Counted from the stretch's first letter, positions 28,099-37,854 are shown. The stretch: DNA of 64,000 nucleotides from an uncultured Candidatus Saccharibacteria bacterium (GCA_964634365.1 CAZWJU010000002.1:32069-96068); one strand, 5' to 3'. Made by a program: numbers and translations. The notes: generated by a model not told the origin, from the sequence alone.

Positions 28099-30279
28099 AT
28101 GCAGACTACCGATCCGTTAAAAAAACACTTCAAACTACAAGCAACAGAAGAGAAGGCGCTCGCGCGTCTTGGTATAAATACAGTTCATGACCTGCTATAC
28201 CACTTCCCGTCGCGCTATAGCGACATATCCGAACTGCATTTTATCCGTGATTTAAATCCTGGTGAGATTGCCACAATCCACGGCACTATCACGCGTGCAA
28301 AAACAAAAAAATCTTTTCGCACAAAAGTACCCATGGGCGAAGCGACAGTCGAAGACCAGACTGGGACGATTGGTATAGTCTGGTTCAATCAGGCATACCT
28401 CGCAAAAATGTTTCAAGTTGGAGACAGTGTAAAAGTAACCGGCAAAGTTAGTCAGACAAAAAACGGACTCACTATTACCAATCCTGAAATAGAAAAAACA
28501 CCTACCCTTCCAATCGATATACATGACACACTCTTTGTAAAAGACGGCGAGGTTAATTCAGGAATTAGATATCCTATATACCCCGAGAGTCGTGGAGTAA
28601 CATCCCGATTTATATTTCATGCAATTGATAAAATATTTAAGTCTGGAATTCAAAACTCCATAATTGACCCTATACCTAACGGAATTTTAAAAAAATATAA
28701 CCTCCCAAAGCTTGGCACCGCACTAGTCTGGATACACACTCCGCGAAATGAAAATGACGCAGAGGCTGCGAGAAAGCGTTTTGCTTTTGAAGAAGTCTTC
28801 TTGATTCAATTGAAAAAACAACAAGACCGCCATATATTCAAAAGCTCTTATGCGTATGAAATAAAAATTGAAAAAGAAGACTTACTCGAGTTTACAAACC
28901 GATTCCCTTTCCCTCTTACAGAAGGCCAGAAAAATGCAATCGAAGGAATCCGAACTGACATAACCAAAGATCATCCGATGGCGAGACTACTCGAAGGAGA
29001 TGTCGGTAGTGGAAAAACTGCCGTCGCTGCGAGCGCAAGCTTCGGGATTATTACAAACAGGCCTGCTAAACAAACTTTTGGATCACTTCAAGTTGCATAC
29101 ATGGCGCCAACTGAGATACTAGCGACTCAACTTTTTGAAAACTTCATATCTTTTTTTGAACACACAGGTATAAATATAGGACTTATCACAGGAAGTGGAT
29201 GTAGAAAGTTCCCATCTAAAGTTGCTTCAAATGTTGGCAATTGGACCAACATATCTCGTACACAACTACTAAAATGGGTGGAAAATGGTGAGATACCAAT
29301 ACTTATAGGCACGCACGCACTAATTCAAAAATCTGTAAAATTTAAACACTTGGCTTTGGCTATCATAGACGAACAACATAGATTTGGAACAATACAGAGA
29401 AGTAAACTAGCTCACAAAGAATCAAATGGAAAAGTAATCGCTCCACACCTTTTGTCTATGACAGCAACACCTATACCTAGAACACTTGCTCTAACAATAT
29501 ATGGAGATCTAGATCTAACTGTACTAGATCAAATGCCGGCTGGTAGAAAACCAATCCATACTGAAATTATCCCTTCAAACAAGCGTGATGATGCTTATGA
29601 AAAAATCCGCCAAGAACTAAAGAGTGGGAGACAAGTATATATCATATGTCCACGTATCGATGAACCTGATCCAGAAAAAGAAATGGCAGTAATCGCAAAA
29701 TCTGTAACAGAAGAAGCCAAACGTTTGAAAAAAGAGGTGTTCAAAGAATACGAAATCGGTATATTGCATTCTAAAATGACGAAACAAAAAAAAGAGGAGG
29801 TTATGGAATCTTTCGGAAACCACGAAATAGATATACTTTGCGCAACTTCAGTAGTTGAAGTTGGCGTAAATGTACCGAACGCAACCGTGATAGTAATCGA
29901 GGGTGCTGAGCGTTTTGGACTAGCTCAGCTCCACCAGCTCCGAGGACGCGTGATCAGATCAAACCACCAAGCATACTGCTACTTGTTTGCTGACGCAAAA
30001 TCTGAAAAAACAAGAGATCGACTGAAGGCGCTTGTTAGTGCGAAAAGCGGTTTTGAACTTGCTGAACTAGACCTGAGCCTACGCGGAGCCGGAGAACTAG
30101 GCGGAGGAAAACAGTGGGGCATAACAGATCTTGGCATGGAAGCCATACGAAATATAAAAATGGTTGAGGCAGCACGCAACGAAGCAAAAGCTATAATAGA
30201 AAAAGATTGCGCACTGAGAGACTACCCTACTCTCGTTGAAACTATACGAGAAAAATATAACGATCTACATTTTGAGTAA
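28099..30279 (+). CDS. recG: ATP-dependent DNA helicase RecG
   Basis: OB fold, GDVGSGKT, DEQHRFG, TATPIPRT, QLHQLRGRV, DLSLRGAGE. Confidence 0.97.
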   Translation: MQTTDPLKKHFKLQATEEKALARLGINTVHDLLYHFPSRYSDISELHFIRDLNPGEIATIHGTITRAKTKKSFRTKVPMGEATVEDQTGTIGIVWFNQAYLAKMFQVGDSVKVTGKVSQTKNGLTITNPEIEKTPTLPIDIHDTLFVKDGEVNSGIRYPIYPESRGVTSRFIFHAIDKIFKSGIQNSIIDPIPNGILKKYNLPKLGTALVWIHTPRNENDAEAARKRFAFEEVFLIQLKKQQDRHIFKSSYAYEIKIEKEDLLEFTNRFPFPLTEGQKNAIEGIRTDITKDHPMARLLEGDVGSGKTAVAASASFGIITNRPAKQTFGSLQVAYMAPTEILATQLFENFISFFEHTGINIGLITGSGCRKFPSKVASNVGNWTNISRTQLLKWVENGEIPILIGTHALIQKSVKFKHLALAIIDEQHRFGTIQRSKLAHKESNGKVIAPHLLSMTATPIPRTLALTIYGDLDLTVLDQMPAGRKPIHTEIIPSNKRDDAYEKIRQELKSGRQVYIICPRIDEPDPEKEMAVIAKSVTEEAKRLKKEVFKEYEIGILHSKMTKQKKEEVMESFGNHEIDILCATSVVEVGVNVPNATVIVIEGAERFGLAQLHQLRGRVIRSNHQAYCYLFADAKSEKTRDRLKALVSAKSGFELAELDLSLRGAGELGGGKQWGITDLGMEAIRNIKMVEAARNEAKAIIEKDCALRDYPTLVETIREKYNDLHFE

Positions 30280-30283
30280 AATT

Positions 30284-30309
30284 AAATCCCTCGCAATTGC
30301 GAGGGATTT
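30284..30309. terminator. Perfect 26-bp palindrome / bidirectional terminator
   Basis: AAATCCCTCGCAATTGCGAGGGATTT between convergent genes. Confidence 0.8.
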
Positions 30310-30313
30310 TTTA

Positions 30314-31165
30314 TTATTTAGAAACACTGTCGCTGTGAGACACTATTTCTTCAGCAACTTTCGGCAGATACTTGGTTATCATCTTGTAGTAAAGATCGAA
30401 ACTCTCTACCTGAAAGTACTCAATCTGGAGTTTCGTAATATCATACTCTGTATACATCGCTTGGCGAATAAAATTCTTCATCGCAAGCGGACTATCTCCA
30501 CACGAGTGTATCGTAGGCTTCGAACTTGTCGCTGCATAAAGCGTTTCGCCAACCGAAGAAAGGATACCCGGGCCAGCAATACGACGATCACCATGACCAC
30601 GAACAAGTATGAATTCCACCAAAAACCAAAATGCGGGTGGAAGCAACTTCATAACTTCTGGTGAGAAATTATATCTCTTTGCGACAATACCAAACATCTG
30701 AAGACATTCTCCATATTTCTTGAGAGTGAGCATCGGTAGATGCCCAAAAACTTCATGAAACATGTCTGGAGCTGGTGTGTATTGCCAGTCCTTCAGACTA
30801 CGAAAAAAGTTTGTAACCGGAAACATCTTTTTCATGAGTCCGTAATACAAAATATCGTCATCGAGAGTTCCGTCGCAGATATATATCTGCCACCCGGTAA
30901 GTTTTTTTAGACGACGATTGATTTCTGAAAATACCGGGATCTTGTCCCCTGTAATACCAAGCTTCTTCAAACCTTTGAAGAAAGCTCTGTGTGCAATATA
31001 CTCCAACTGCCTAGTTTGATTCTCCCAAAGGAGCCTCCAGGTTTTTTGGTCATCTTCGGTGTATTTTTCGTACTGCTGAACCTCATCGAGATTTCGACGA
31101 GCAAGTTTATTGAAACGCGACTTAACGCTCTCTTCTAAGGCTTTTTTCATTGTGCTATTTTTCAT
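30314..31165 (-). CDS. Pterin-dependent aromatic amino acid hydroxylase (PhhA-like)
   Basis: YT..D..TW, LTGWQI, YTPAPDMFHEVFGHLPML, FWFLVEF, GILSS: His/His/Glu iron ligands retained. Confidence 0.85.
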   Translation of the reverse strand: MKNSTMKKALEESVKSRFNKLARRNLDEVQQYEKYTEDDQKTWRLLWENQTRQLEYIAHRAFFKGLKKLGITGDKIPVFSEINRRLKKLTGWQIYICDGTLDDDILYYGLMKKMFPVTNFFRSLKDWQYTPAPDMFHEVFGHLPMLTLKKYGECLQMFGIVAKRYNFSPEVMKLLPPAFWFLVEFILVRGHGDRRIAGPGILSSVGETLYAATSSKPTIHSCGDSPLAMKNFIRQAMYTEYDITKLQIEYFQVESFDLYYKMITKYLPKVAEEIVSHSDSVSK

Positions 31166-31257
31166 CACTCTACACTGAAAAAGAGATAGTGGCAAGTGTG
31201 CCAAAAACTTTGAAAAAATTCTCTAAATAAGCTAATATCAAAGTCTAGCCGATATAT

Positions 31258-31331
31258 CCACCCTTAGCTCAGTTGGTTAGAGCACAGAGCTTATACCTCT
31301 GGGGTCCTTGGTTCGAATCCAAGAGGGTGGA
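31258..31331 (+). tRNA. tRNA-Ile(TAT)
   Basis: CCACCCT/AGGGTGG, CAGAG-CT-TAT-AC-CTCTG, TTCGAAT, A73. Confidence 0.93.
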
Positions 31332-31513
31332 CATGACAGAAAAATGCCAACTGCTTGGCATTTTTTGGTACATGTCCAAGGCGCAGTGATGTTTTGCGAG
31401 CACGCAAAACCACGAGCCGGGCGATCAGCAGATTCGTGCCGTGAGGCTTCGCGGAAAAATACGACCCAGTAGGTCAATGTGCTCATTGAGCGACGGCGAG
31501 TATTTTATCCGTG
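31332..31513 (+). repeat. tRNA-3'-linked element with CTGC-loop hairpin and 60-bp module shared with the tmRNA element
   Basis: TGGACATG...CATGTCCA inverted repeat; AAAAATGCCAA-ctgc-TTGGCATTTTT; 31454-31513 matches 36417-36476 at 55/60. Confidence 0.8.
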
Positions 31514-31569
31514 ACGACAAACAATATGCTAATATGTTTATATATTTATAAAATAATTTATTTAAACCT

Positions 31570-32040
31570 ATGAACGAATTTGGAGCTAAAAAATTAGGAG
31601 AAGTACTAGCGTTTGCAATCGTGGGTGAAGAAACAATAGAAAAAGGAAGAGGGGTGCTATCCCCTGTTTTAGGCGAAAACGAAATCGCAGACATCCTAGA
31701 GAAAAATCGTATTTATGGAGACGAGCTAAAAAAACTCGCGAGCGAACTTGGTGTAAGCGATATAGTAAATACTAAACTCGAAAAGACTGGTGCTAAGCTT
31801 CGAGAGATGCGAGAGCTCTATATCGGAGATCAGTGGGAGAACCCAACTGAAATACTCGAGTGGTCAGGATTCTTTGAGGGTGCAGCATTTGTACACTGGG
31901 GACTTGTAAAAGGTGTGGCAGAAACTTTAAATCACGAATTACTCATGTCACTTGCAAATGAATGCATGAACTTCCACCATGATCTACTAGACACAATATC
32001 TTCCGAACTACAATCAGTCGGACAAAATAAAGCAGAATAA
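31570..32040 (+). CDS. Ferritin-like four-helix protein
   Basis: All-helical; FEGAAFVHW and C-terminal FHHD helix-pair pattern. Confidence 0.55.
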   Translation: MNEFGAKKLGEVLAFAIVGEETIEKGRGVLSPVLGENEIADILEKNRIYGDELKKLASELGVSDIVNTKLEKTGAKLREMRELYIGDQWENPTEILEWSGFFEGAAFVHWGLVKGVAETLNHELLMSLANECMNFHHDLLDTISSELQSVGQNKAE

Positions 32041-32041
32041 T

Positions 32042-32066
32042 AAAATCCCCCAGTCAGGGGGATTTT
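32042..32066. terminator. Bidirectional terminator
   Basis: AAAATCCCCC-agtca-GGGGGATTTT. Confidence 0.78.
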
Positions 32067-32070
32067 TGTT

Positions 32071-32508
32071 TTATTCAATGTAATATATTGCCAAAATTTC
32101 TAGCGTAGATTTATAAGCCTCTAATAATGAAAAATCTTCTAGATCATTTAGTGATTTTAGAGGAACAAAAGGAAATAGTTTCTGTCCTTCGGTATTTATT
32201 CCATATATTTGAGGAGAAAAAAACACCAAAAGATCATCTTCTAAACCATAAGGCAGAACCCAGACACCATGCATGTCTATATTGGATGGATCTATACAAT
32301 CATATGTACAAGCAAGACTATCAGGTAACCAATAATAAGCCAAAAAATTTCCAGTATTTGAAACTTCAACAAAAGAAGAGTCAGTTGGAGTCTTTATTTT
32401 TTTGAATTCTCCTTGTGTAGATATGATGTATGTTATTTCTGTTTGTGCAAAAACTATATTATTCGAAAATGAAAAGTACAAAACCAAGATGAAAAAAAAC
32501 TTCTTCAT
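32071..32508 (-). CDS. Secreted hypothetical protein
   Basis: MKKFFFILVL...VFA|QTE signal peptide. Confidence 0.6.
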   Translation of the reverse strand: MKKFFFILVLYFSFSNNIVFAQTEITYIISTQGEFKKIKTPTDSSFVEVSNTGNFLAYYWLPDSLACTYDCIDPSNIDMHGVWVLPYGLEDDLLVFFSPQIYGINTEGQKLFPFVPLKSLNDLEDFSLLEAYKSTLEILAIYYIE

Positions 32509-32582
32509 AGTATATTTTTCTTCAACTTAACACACACCAAACAACAAAGCAAACAAAAACCATCCAATGGATGGTTTTTGTT

Positions 32583-33041
32583 TTATGTTGATTTTTGAGT
32601 AAAAATACCTGACGTTTTTACTTGCTTCCCTTTTTTAAAAAGAAGTACTAAACCAAATATAGAATTAGCAAGACCGATTAGTGCAATAGGCAAACCAAGC
32701 AATGCAATATTAGGACTTGTTAAACTCGATATATTTAAACCTCTGCTTGTAGGATTAATCAAGCTAAGCACAAGTCCAGATAAAGGTATGAGAAGCCAGT
32801 AAACAGCCTTTGGATTAAGCGTAATATCACGCAATCTTTTATATGCAACAACAATCTTTACAACACCAAGCAAAAGAAGAATTGGTAAAATCTCCAACAT
32901 CTTTTCATTGGATAAAATTGCTCTTCTGCTACCGCTTCCAAGTATTAAGTACATTGCACCCATGGCAACCACCCCAATAAAAATATTTGCTAAAAGATAG
33001 TCGAAACGCCCTATTGGTTTTGTGAAAATATCTGAGTGCAT
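32583..33041 (-). CDS. DUF805-like membrane protein
   Basis: IGRFDY...KRLRDI...YWLLIP; four TM. Confidence 0.7.
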   Translation of the reverse strand: MHSDIFTKPIGRFDYLLANIFIGVVAMGAMYLILGSGSRRAILSNEKMLEILPILLLLGVVKIVVAYKRLRDITLNPKAVYWLLIPLSGLVLSLINPTSRGLNISSLTSPNIALLGLPIALIGLANSIFGLVLLFKKGKQVKTSGIFTQKST

Positions 33042-33042
33042 A

Positions 33043-33255
33043 TTATAGAGGCTTATTTGTGTTATTTTTATTATCAAGCGCCTGTGAAGCAACCACTACT
33101 ATAAGAGATCCAAAAGCTACCACGCCAATAGTCGACAAAGACTTTCCGAGCACCTCCTTTGATAACACATCCCATATTGATAGAACTGCTATCAAGGTGA
33201 GGACTGCGACTGCGGTTACAAGTGTATATATTGCTATTTGTTTTAAATGTGACAT
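33043..33255 (-). CDS. Small two-TM membrane protein
   Basis: 70 aa, two hydrophobic helices. Confidence 0.65.
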   Translation of the reverse strand: MSHLKQIAIYTLVTAVAVLTLIAVLSIWDVLSKEVLGKSLSTIGVVAFGSLIVVVASQALDNKNNTNKPL

Positions 33256-33329
33256 AAGTTTATTGACTAAAATACTAATACTTATATTATAACATGCAAC
33301 AAAAAAACCGGACATTCCGGTTTTTTTAT

Positions 33330-35246
33330 CTATTTACTTTCTTCTGCTTTCTTTTTTAGACTTATTCCGTGAGCTTTAATAATCTCTTCGTATTCAGGCT
33401 GTTCTAGAGTTTCAACTTCTATAAGCTTGTCTGCGACAGCGTCTAGACACTTTCGATTTTCTGTTAATACCTTGCGAGCTTTTTCTAGAGATTCGTTCAT
33501 TATACGTTTTACCTCATCGTCAATTCTTGTAGACATAGTCTCAGAATATTCACGGTCTTCTACTCCGCGACCAAACATAGTTCGCCCTCCATCACTCTCT
33601 AGTGCTACAGGACCTATAAGATCACTCATACCCCAGCGTGTAACCATAGCACGAGCAAGAGAACTTGAAACTTGAAGATCGTTCGATGGACCGGTCGTAA
33701 TATCTCCAAATACCATCTCTTCAGCAACATATCCACCGAGAGACATGGCGATATCATCTAAAAATTCTTTACGTGATTGAAGCTTTCTATCTTCTAGTGG
33801 AAGTTTAAGTGTATAACCACCAGCTCTACCACGCGCAACTATGGAAACTTTGTGGACCGGGTCAGCATAAGGTAGAACACTTGCTACAACAGCATGACCT
33901 GCTTCGTGGTATGCAGTAATTTTCTTTTCGATTGGAGACAACAGATGACTCTTGCGTTCAGGACCCATCATGACCTTTTCTATTGAACGAATAAAATCAA
34001 ACTGAGCAACTTTCTTGCGATCTTCACGAGCAGCAAGTATCGCACCTTCGTTCATAAGTGAATATAGGTCAGCACCAGAAAATCCTGGCGTACGCTCTGC
34101 TATAACCTTCAAGTTAACATCTTCTGCGAGTGGCTTCCTGATTGCGTGAATAGCTAAAATCTCTTCTCGATCTGCTCTGTCTGGTAAATCTAAAACAACT
34201 CTTCTGTCGAAACGTCCTGGGCGCAATAGTGCAGGATCGAGCACATCAGAACGGTTTGTAGCAGCCATAACAATTACCTTCTCGTTTGGTTCAAACCCAT
34301 CCATCTCAACAAGAATTTGGTTTAATGTTTGCTCGCGTTCATCGTTTCCACCACCAACACCAGTACCACGGACACGTCCAACAGCATCTATCTCATCTAT
34401 AAATATAATTGACGGTGCTGTGCGTTTAGCAAGTTGGAAAAGATCACGCACACGTGAAGCACCAACACCCACAAACATCTCTACGAATTCTGAACCAGAT
34501 AAATGGAAAAATGGAACACCAGCCTCCCCTGCAACTGCGCGAGCAAGCAAAGTTTTACCTGTTCCTGGAACTCCAGTAAGTAAAACACCTTTTGGTATAC
34601 GTGCTCCTATATCAAGAAACTTTTTTGGATTGCGAAGAAAATCTACGATTTCTTTCAACTCCTCTTTTGCTTCTTTTGAACCAGCAACATCCTTGAAGGT
34701 TACACGATTGTTCTTGTCATTTGGATCAGTTATTTTTGCTTTTGATTGACCGAAAGAAAATGCTTGCATACCTGCGCCTTTTACTTGGCGAGACATAAAC
34801 CAAAAGAATAAAACTATAAAAGCAATCGGTATAAGTATAGGCAAGATTGTAACAAGCCAATATCCAAAACCTGTCTGACTCTTTATATTGATTGGAGTAG
34901 CAGAAATCTTATCGCTAGAAACGCCATAGTTTGCCAGAGTCTGAGAAAGAGAAGACTCTACTTCTTTCTTGGATTTCTTGAAAGTTCCATCGTTGAGCTC
35001 TATGTTTAAAACATCTCCTTCAACTTCAATATTTTTAACCTGACTTGTTTCAATCAGAGAAGCAACTTCAGATAAAGTAACTTCTTGTACTTCTTTTTTG
35101 TTTTCCTTGATAACAGTATATAGAGCTGAAATCAGCATAAATATCAAGAACGCAGTAATAATGTGGCTTCCAAAAGTAGTAGGTGCGCCACCTTGTTTTT
35201 TACCTTTCTGGTTAATATTTTTTAAGTTTTTTATTGGTGATTTCAT
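33330..35246 (-). CDS. ftsH: ATP-dependent zinc metalloprotease FtsH
   Basis: Two [31 protein letters not shown]. Confidence 0.98.
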   Translation of the reverse strand: MKSPIKNLKNINQKGKKQGGAPTTFGSHIITAFLIFMLISALYTVIKENKKEVQEVTLSEVASLIETSQVKNIEVEGDVLNIELNDGTFKKSKKEVESSLSQTLANYGVSSDKISATPINIKSQTGFGYWLVTILPILIPIAFIVLFFWFMSRQVKGAGMQAFSFGQSKAKITDPNDKNNRVTFKDVAGSKEAKEELKEIVDFLRNPKKFLDIGARIPKGVLLTGVPGTGKTLLARAVAGEAGVPFFHLSGSEFVEMFVGVGASRVRDLFQLAKRTAPSIIFIDEIDAVGRVRGTGVGGGNDEREQTLNQILVEMDGFEPNEKVIVMAATNRSDVLDPALLRPGRFDRRVVLDLPDRADREEILAIHAIRKPLAEDVNLKVIAERTPGFSGADLYSLMNEGAILAAREDRKKVAQFDFIRSIEKVMMGPERKSHLLSPIEKKITAYHEAGHAVVASVLPYADPVHKVSIVARGRAGGYTLKLPLEDRKLQSRKEFLDDIAMSLGGYVAEEMVFGDITTGPSNDLQVSSSLARAMVTRWGMSDLIGPVALESDGGRTMFGRGVEDREYSETMSTRIDDEVKRIMNESLEKARKVLTENRKCLDAVADKLIEVETLEQPEYEEIIKAHGISLKKKAEESK

Positions 35247-35277
35247 ATATTTAAGTGTACTTTACTATACACTAATA

Positions 35278-35420
35278 AATTTCACTCGTCTATAATTCTC
35301 TGGAGATCGCTGGGTGGTTAGACGAGTGAAATTATTTTTGAGAACCTCTCGGTTCTCAACGTTTCACTGCTCTCCTCTACGGTGAAAACTAAAGTTTTCC
35401 CCGACCCCCTTTCCTCGCCC
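35278..35420. repeat. GC-richer multi-hairpin element in ftsH-smpB intergenic region
   Basis: AATTTCACTCGTCTA...TAGACGAGTGAAATT (15 bp), TTGAGAACC-tctc-GGTTCTCAA, GAAAACT-aa-AGTTTTC. Confidence 0.6.
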
Positions 35421-35499
35421 AATCATTCTAAAATCAAGAAAAATTTAAGATATTCTGGGCTAGAAAAAACACAGAAAATAAATGTGCTACAATCTCCGT

Positions 35500-35943
35500 A
35501 TGGCAACTTTTGCAGAAAACCGAAAAGCACATTTTAACTACGAATTCCTAGAAAAAATAGAAGCCGGAATCGAGCTTTTTGGTCTTGAAGTTAAAGCTAT
35601 ACGAACAGGTAAAGCCACTCTCGAAGGGGCGAGAATAATAATACGCGGAGGTGAAGCTTATGTGCTAGGTATGAGCATATCTCCATATCAACCCAACAAC
35701 ACAAAAGATGAGTACGATCCGCTCAGAACAAGACGCCTCCTCCTAAAGAAAAAAGAAATCGAAACTCTAGCAAAAACTGAATCTACTAAAGGTTTGACAT
35801 TAATCCCTATATCGTTGTATAATAAGGGTCCTAAAATAAAGGTTTCTGTTGCGGTCGCACGTGGTAAGAAAAAATTTGATAAACGTGAGACAATCAAAAA
35901 ACGTGACTTAGATCGTGAAATAGGCAGAACATTGAAAAAATAA
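35500..35943 (+). CDS. smpB: SsrA-binding protein
   Basis: NRKAHFNY, EAGIEL.GLEVKAIR, RTRRLLL, GKKKFDKRE. Confidence 0.97.
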   Translation: MATFAENRKAHFNYEFLEKIEAGIELFGLEVKAIRTGKATLEGARIIIRGGEAYVLGMSISPYQPNNTKDEYDPLRTRRLLLKKKEIETLAKTESTKGLTLIPISLYNKGPKIKVSVAVARGKKKFDKRETIKKRDLDREIGRTLKK

Positions 35944-35946
35944 AAT

Positions 35947-36329
35947 GGGAATGTAAGGCATCGACAAGGAATCAGTTTTGTACAGTGCGTGCCGAGCTCG
36001 CGCGAAACGCTCGTAAAACATCGCGCAAAACTCAAATGCAAAAACATTTGGTAAGGTAACATCACCATACTTCGGTATGGCTGATCTTGCTCTCGCTCGA
36101 GCTTAAGCTCGCGAGTGTCTCTGTGTTCGACTTCCGATAAAATACAGAGGCAACATATATCGGGATAGAAAAATATCACGTCTCAGATAATTTTCGAAAC
36201 AATTGAGAATCGAGTAAATATTATTTTGTTCATTTTATAGATACCTACTCTAAACAAATAAAATAAACTATGCATGTAGATTCTATATGAAACCTTCTTT
36301 GCACGGGGGTTCAACTCCCCCCATTTCCA
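35947..36329 (+). ncRNA. ssrA: tmRNA; predicted tag (A)AKTFGKVTSPYFGMADLALARA*
   Basis: GGGAATG/CATTTCC acceptor with G3-U70, TCGAC near 5' end, GGGGG-TTCAACT-CCCCC T arm, tag ORF 36038-36106; adjacent to smpB. Confidence 0.93.
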
Positions 36330-36498
36330 CTAGTAAAATATTTGCGCCCAAAAGGCGCTTTTATTTTTTTAGTGGAAATGAGTGAAGTGTCTGCACACTT
36401 CAGAGGAAGAAGTGAAGAAAAATATGACCCAGTAGTTCAATATGCTCATTGAACGACGGCGAGTATTTTATCTGTGGCCAACTCCCTCAAATCCCCTT
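36330..36498 (+). repeat. tmRNA-3'-linked element (antisense acceptor copy, CTGC-loop hairpin, shared 60-bp module)
   Basis: TAGTGGAAATG complements CATTTCCACTA; GAAGTGT-ctgc-ACACTTC; degenerate CAACTCCC repeat at ~36479. Confidence 0.8.
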
Positions 36499-36543
36499 TG
36501 ACACTCCCCTCTTTTTATGATTAAATAAAAAAAATGTTAAAAT

Positions 36544-36963
36544 ATGATACTCGAACACACTTTAAAAACCCTAATAGAAAAAAAGGAAGGGAGTGAAATT
36601 ATTTTAGAATTTTGGCATAAAGGAAAAGTTTTTCGTGCCTGTCTTGAACAGTGTCATATGGAAAGAAAAACAAAGATAGTATTTTTAAAATTCAAAGATG
36701 CTATCTTTTATGAGAAGCAGCGAAAAGAGTGGGTGCAAGCGGGGCGAGATATGTTTTCCTGTATGTGTTTCAATACAGAAGAAGATACATGTGAGATCGC
36801 AAAAAGCGGCACGGTGAATTTAAACTCAAAAATTTTTGGGAAGGTTACAATATTCCCAAATGGGCAAATTCACAACAAAGATGTCTCTGGTGGGTACTAC
36901 CGACAAAAAAGCACAAACCAGCAAATACTGGCAGAGACAACAAAAAACCTCTGTCAAAACTAA
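36544..36963 (+). CDS. Orphan hypothetical protein
   Basis: 139-aa ORF with upstream TTGACA and downstream palindrome (36966-36991). Confidence 0.55.
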   Translation: MILEHTLKTLIEKKEGSEIILEFWHKGKVFRACLEQCHMERKTKIVFLKFKDAIFYEKQRKEWVQAGRDMFSCMCFNTEEDTCEIAKSGTVNLNSKIFGKVTIFPNGQIHNKDVSGGYYRQKSTNQQILAETTKNLCQN

Positions 36964-36989
36964 CAAAAAGCGCAAAATATTTTGCGCTT

Positions 36990-37733
36990 TTATATTTTAT
37001 AGTCCCCTACGGTCGTGCGCTTGAGTGAATACACAACTGCACCAGTTTTAAATTTACGACCTATATCATCGACAAAAGTACGAACATAGAACCCAGAGCC
37101 AACTTTTATAGAAAATGTAACCAACGTAAAATTCCCCCAATTTTTTAAAATATTTCTCCAGGCTAAAAGTGTCTCGGCTTGTCTAAAATCTCCCTTAACT
37201 AACTTGCATATCTCCTCTACTCTATCGGCAATCTCTATGCTTGATACTTTTTTTATAGATTTCAAATCTCCTTCATACAATTCAACTTTATGTCTCGGGC
37301 GGATAATTTTTGCACCAGCTCTGGCTAAAGTTATGAGGGATTTACCTTTTATTGTTTTTGAAGAAAAGATTGGATACTTTTGGTTTATGGTTATTGGCGT
37401 ATTTTGAAATATTTTATCCAACTCCTGTTTTATAAAAACATCATCTATTGGGGCTTTATTTTTACCAGCACTAGGAATACCCAAAAGGTCGTATGTGTCA
37501 GTGGTAAAACCCAAAAGCATAGAAACCTCGTATGTTTTAGGGAGTTTGGTATACACCTCCTTTTCCTTGCACAATTCACCACCCAAGAGCACCAAAAGCC
37601 CCTCGGCTGCTGGATCAAGCCTACCCGCATAAGTCATGGGTATATTCTTGTAGAGTGGGTTTATAAGCCTAAAGCGCTCTATGGCCTCAAGCGGGGTTTC
37701 CCCTAGCCTTTTTTGGAAAAGTATTGGTCCCAT
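36990..37733 (-). CDS. truB: tRNA pseudouridine(55) synthase TruB family
   Basis: YAGRLDPAAEGLL, TTDTYDLLG, GSGFYVR. Confidence 0.85.
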   Translation of the reverse strand: MGPILFQKRLGETPLEAIERFRLINPLYKNIPMTYAGRLDPAAEGLLVLLGGELCKEKEVYTKLPKTYEVSMLLGFTTDTYDLLGIPSAGKNKAPIDDVFIKQELDKIFQNTPITINQKYPIFSSKTIKGKSLITLARAGAKIIRPRHKVELYEGDLKSIKKVSSIEIADRVEEICKLVKGDFRQAETLLAWRNILKNWGNFTLVTFSIKVGSGFYVRTFVDDIGRKFKTGAVVYSLKRTTVGDYKI

Positions 37734-37773
37734 ATATTGAATAGATTAGCACGAGACAGGGCCAAGTCATTTA

Positions 37774-37802
37774 TTGACTTTTCATATATAAAAGGCTATT
37801 AT
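37774..37802 (+). promoter_or_regulatory. sigma70-like promoter of infC-rpmI-rplT
   Basis: TTGACT-N17-TATTAT. Confidence 0.6.
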
Positions 37803-37854
37803 ATGGACCAAGGTATTCGAACTAAATTACCTATTTCTTAACAATACTGAACGC

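Noticed and set aside
35688-36179. 163-aa antisense ORF
   Set aside because: Lies opposite smpB and tmRNA and has no protein-like features
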